A DNA stretch of 63,697 bases, the filler included, from Chrysochromulina tobinii (Eukaryota), in assembly GCA_001275005.1 (NCBI GenBank). It is 7 parts of 7 records of this genome, joined end to end, with 100 filler letters (N's around TTAATTAATTAA, not from the genome) between each part and the next. Parts side by side here need not be neighbours in the genome. Positions count along the whole stretch, not along the records: positions 59,202 to 63,697 come from JWZX01000981.1; 6 more parts are not named here. One strand, 5' to 3'. Below are positions 61,945-63,697 of the stretch, piece after piece. Under the pieces are notes generated by a model. It made no database searches and was not told the DNA's origin. It saw only the letters and a program-made list of their open reading frames with translations. Made by a program: the position numbers and the translations under genes. Within the stretch, counting starts at the first letter, position 1. Every line of letters begins with the position of its first letter.

Positions 61945-63697
61945 TCACCGCCTCGGCCACCGCTCGATGTAGCGCGCGGCGATCGGCTGGCCGCGCTTGC
62001 GCAGGAAGCTGACAAGACTGTCCGTGTGCGGCGCGAAAAAGGTGCGGAGCTCCCGCAGTGTGTCCGGCTGCACGCCGGCACGACGCCCGTCGGCCTTCGC
62101 CCCCCCTGCCTCGGCCCCGCCGACGTTCCAATTCCACTTCCAGTTCAAAACGAGGCGCGGGAAGGGACCGAGCCCGAGGAAGCGCCCGATGCGCGCGAGC
62201 GCCCGGGACGGCGCTTCGGCGAACTCGTCGAGCGTGAGGACGAGCGCTTGGGAGGACGCGAACGAGTGCAGCCAGCTGCGCAGCTGGGGCTCGTAGAGCG
62301 ACTGCGCGATCAAGGGAGGCCATCAGTGAGGTCATTTTCTGGGGCATCAAGGGGCCATCAAGAGGTCATCAAGAGGTCATCAAGTTCATCAAGGGGCAAT
62401 CAAGAGGTCATTAAGGGGCAATCAATGTCATCAAGGGCCATCAAGGGGAACATAAGAGCAATTGACGGAACCGGAGCGAGAGGCAAAACGCGCCGTGATG
62501 AGCGTTACTCGGTGACAGTGGGGGGATGCCACAGTAGATGGGTGGCCATCAGTGGCAATCACGTCATGTCAGAGGTCATCACGGGATGCCACACATGGGC
62601 GGCCATCAGTGGCAATCACGTCATCAGTGGTCATCACGTACCTGTGCGACGACGCATGCATGAAAGCCGCATGCAACGGCCACACACTCGTTCCACAACT
62701 TGGACGTAAGGCGCCGTGTTGGTGCGCCCGTCACGGCGCCGCCCATCACGGCGCCGCCCGCGCCCGCGGTGGCCACGCCCGCGGCGGCGCGCGCGTGGAA
62801 GCATGCATGCAACCGCCTCGCTTCGCCGAGCAACCGCGCGTCCGCCGTTACGTTTGGGCCGGCGTACAGCGCCGCCCAGCGCACGCCACGGCGCGCGAGT
62901 TTCGTCAGCATCCCGAGGTGCGAGATCGCGCGAGCTTCGGGGGCACGCAGCATGATGAGCAAGCGCACCTGCAACCGGGGAGATGCAGGGAGATTGTGGG
63001 AGATGCAACCATGGTGAGCAAGCGCACCTGCAATCGAGGGAGGCACTCGGGGAGGTAATCAGGGACGTAATCAGGTAGGCAATCAGGGAGGCAATCAGGG
63101 AGGCTCTCGAGGGAGGCACGCAGAGGGAAGCACGCAGTGGCATTCCGTCGCAATCAGTGGCAATTAGTGGCAATCCATCGCAATCAGTGGCAATTAGTGG
63201 CATTCCGTCGCAATCCGTGGGACTCTGCCGCATTCAGGATCCGAGTTTCGTCAAGCGGGTGAGAGGAGTTTCGTCACTCAGGATCCGAGTTTCGTCAAGT
63301 GGGGGGAGTTTCGTCACTCAGGATCCGATTTCCGTCAAGCGGGAGAGGGGAGTTTCGTCGCTCAGGATCCGAGTTTCGTCAAGCGCGCAGCTCACCGCCG
63401 CTGGGGAGGGCAACACAGCCGCCATGCGCCACGCCGCCGCCGGTCGATGCAGCATCGGCGTCGCGTCCAAAGAGAGAGTTTCGTCAAGCGGGAGAGGGGC
63501 GACTCTGCTTCCCCCACCCCCACCCCCACCCCCACCCCCACCCCCACCCCCACCGACGGCACGGCGGTTGGCGCCGCCGCCATCTGCACCGGCATTGCGG
63601 CACCCGCAGTCTGGGTATGCAGCCTGTGGGGAAACGGCCTGTTTGGGCGGTGAGTGCCCTTTCCTAATTTGGTTGGGAGTGTCCTGTTTGGGCGGTG
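61945..63697 (-). CDS. Sulfotransferase (Sulfotransfer_1/HS-3-O-ST-like), 5' PAPS-binding loop not seen; introns 63395-62969 and 62641-62302
   Basis: Spliced LDATPMLHRPAAAWRMAAVLPSPAA|VRLLIMLRAPEARAISH (3'-PB motif) ... VVAQ|SLYEPQLRSW...RIGRFLGL...LRELRTFFAPH. Confidence 0.8.
63235..63385. repeat. ~43-bp tandem repeat inside the sulfotransferase intron
   Basis: caggatccgagtttcgtcaagcggg.gag.ggagtttcgtcact about 3.5 times; its core matches exon sequence at 63476-63499. Confidence 0.85.
63610..63697 (+). repeat. 88-nt terminal direct repeat, right copy
   Basis: Identical to 59202-59289. Confidence 0.97.

Noticed and set aside
1..63697. Prokaryotic operon, defence island, rRNA or tRNA genes
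   Set aside because: The genes are eukaryotic with spliceosomal introns, and I recognised no rRNA or tRNA sequence.

Overview
This window is not one locus. It holds seven GC-rich eukaryotic contigs joined by six 100-nt artificial spacers (N-run + TTAATTAATTAA + N-run). Gene content (Hydin, axonemal dynein, polycystin), GC-rich codon usage, a GC-donor intron and compact intergenic regions suggest a flagellated alga, most plausibly a haptophyte (inference). Recognisable genes: MGH1/GH63-like glycoside hydrolase, GNAT, PKD2-type channel, LINE-like endonuclease ORF, NIF/FCP1 phosphatase, a 10-exon UxaA/GarD-family dehydratase, a ZUP1/C78 peptidase-ankyrin-MYND protein, TRIQK-like protein, tail-anchored flavodoxin, GOLD-ankyrin protein, fucosyltransferase-like protein, SRPBCC protein, Hydin, a CbbX/SpoVK-type AAA ATPase, scramblase and a sulfotransferase. 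The most striking signal is the intron architecture. In unrelated genes on four contigs, many introns (a) start and/or end with a copy of the adjacent exon sequence (4 to about 40 nt direct repeats around a protosplice-like junction), (b) are filled with sense-oriented ~10-nt TGATG/TGATTG repeats, and (c) end in a shared TGATTGCCTCCCTCATCAG acceptor whose tail is the reverse complement of the CTGATG(AG) repeat. This looks like an active intron-generating and intron-expanding process. All intron models are inferred from frame restoration and homology motifs, without RNA data. The last contig also has an exact 88-nt terminal direct repeat with an ORF reading across the junction, indicating a circle or a tandem unit.
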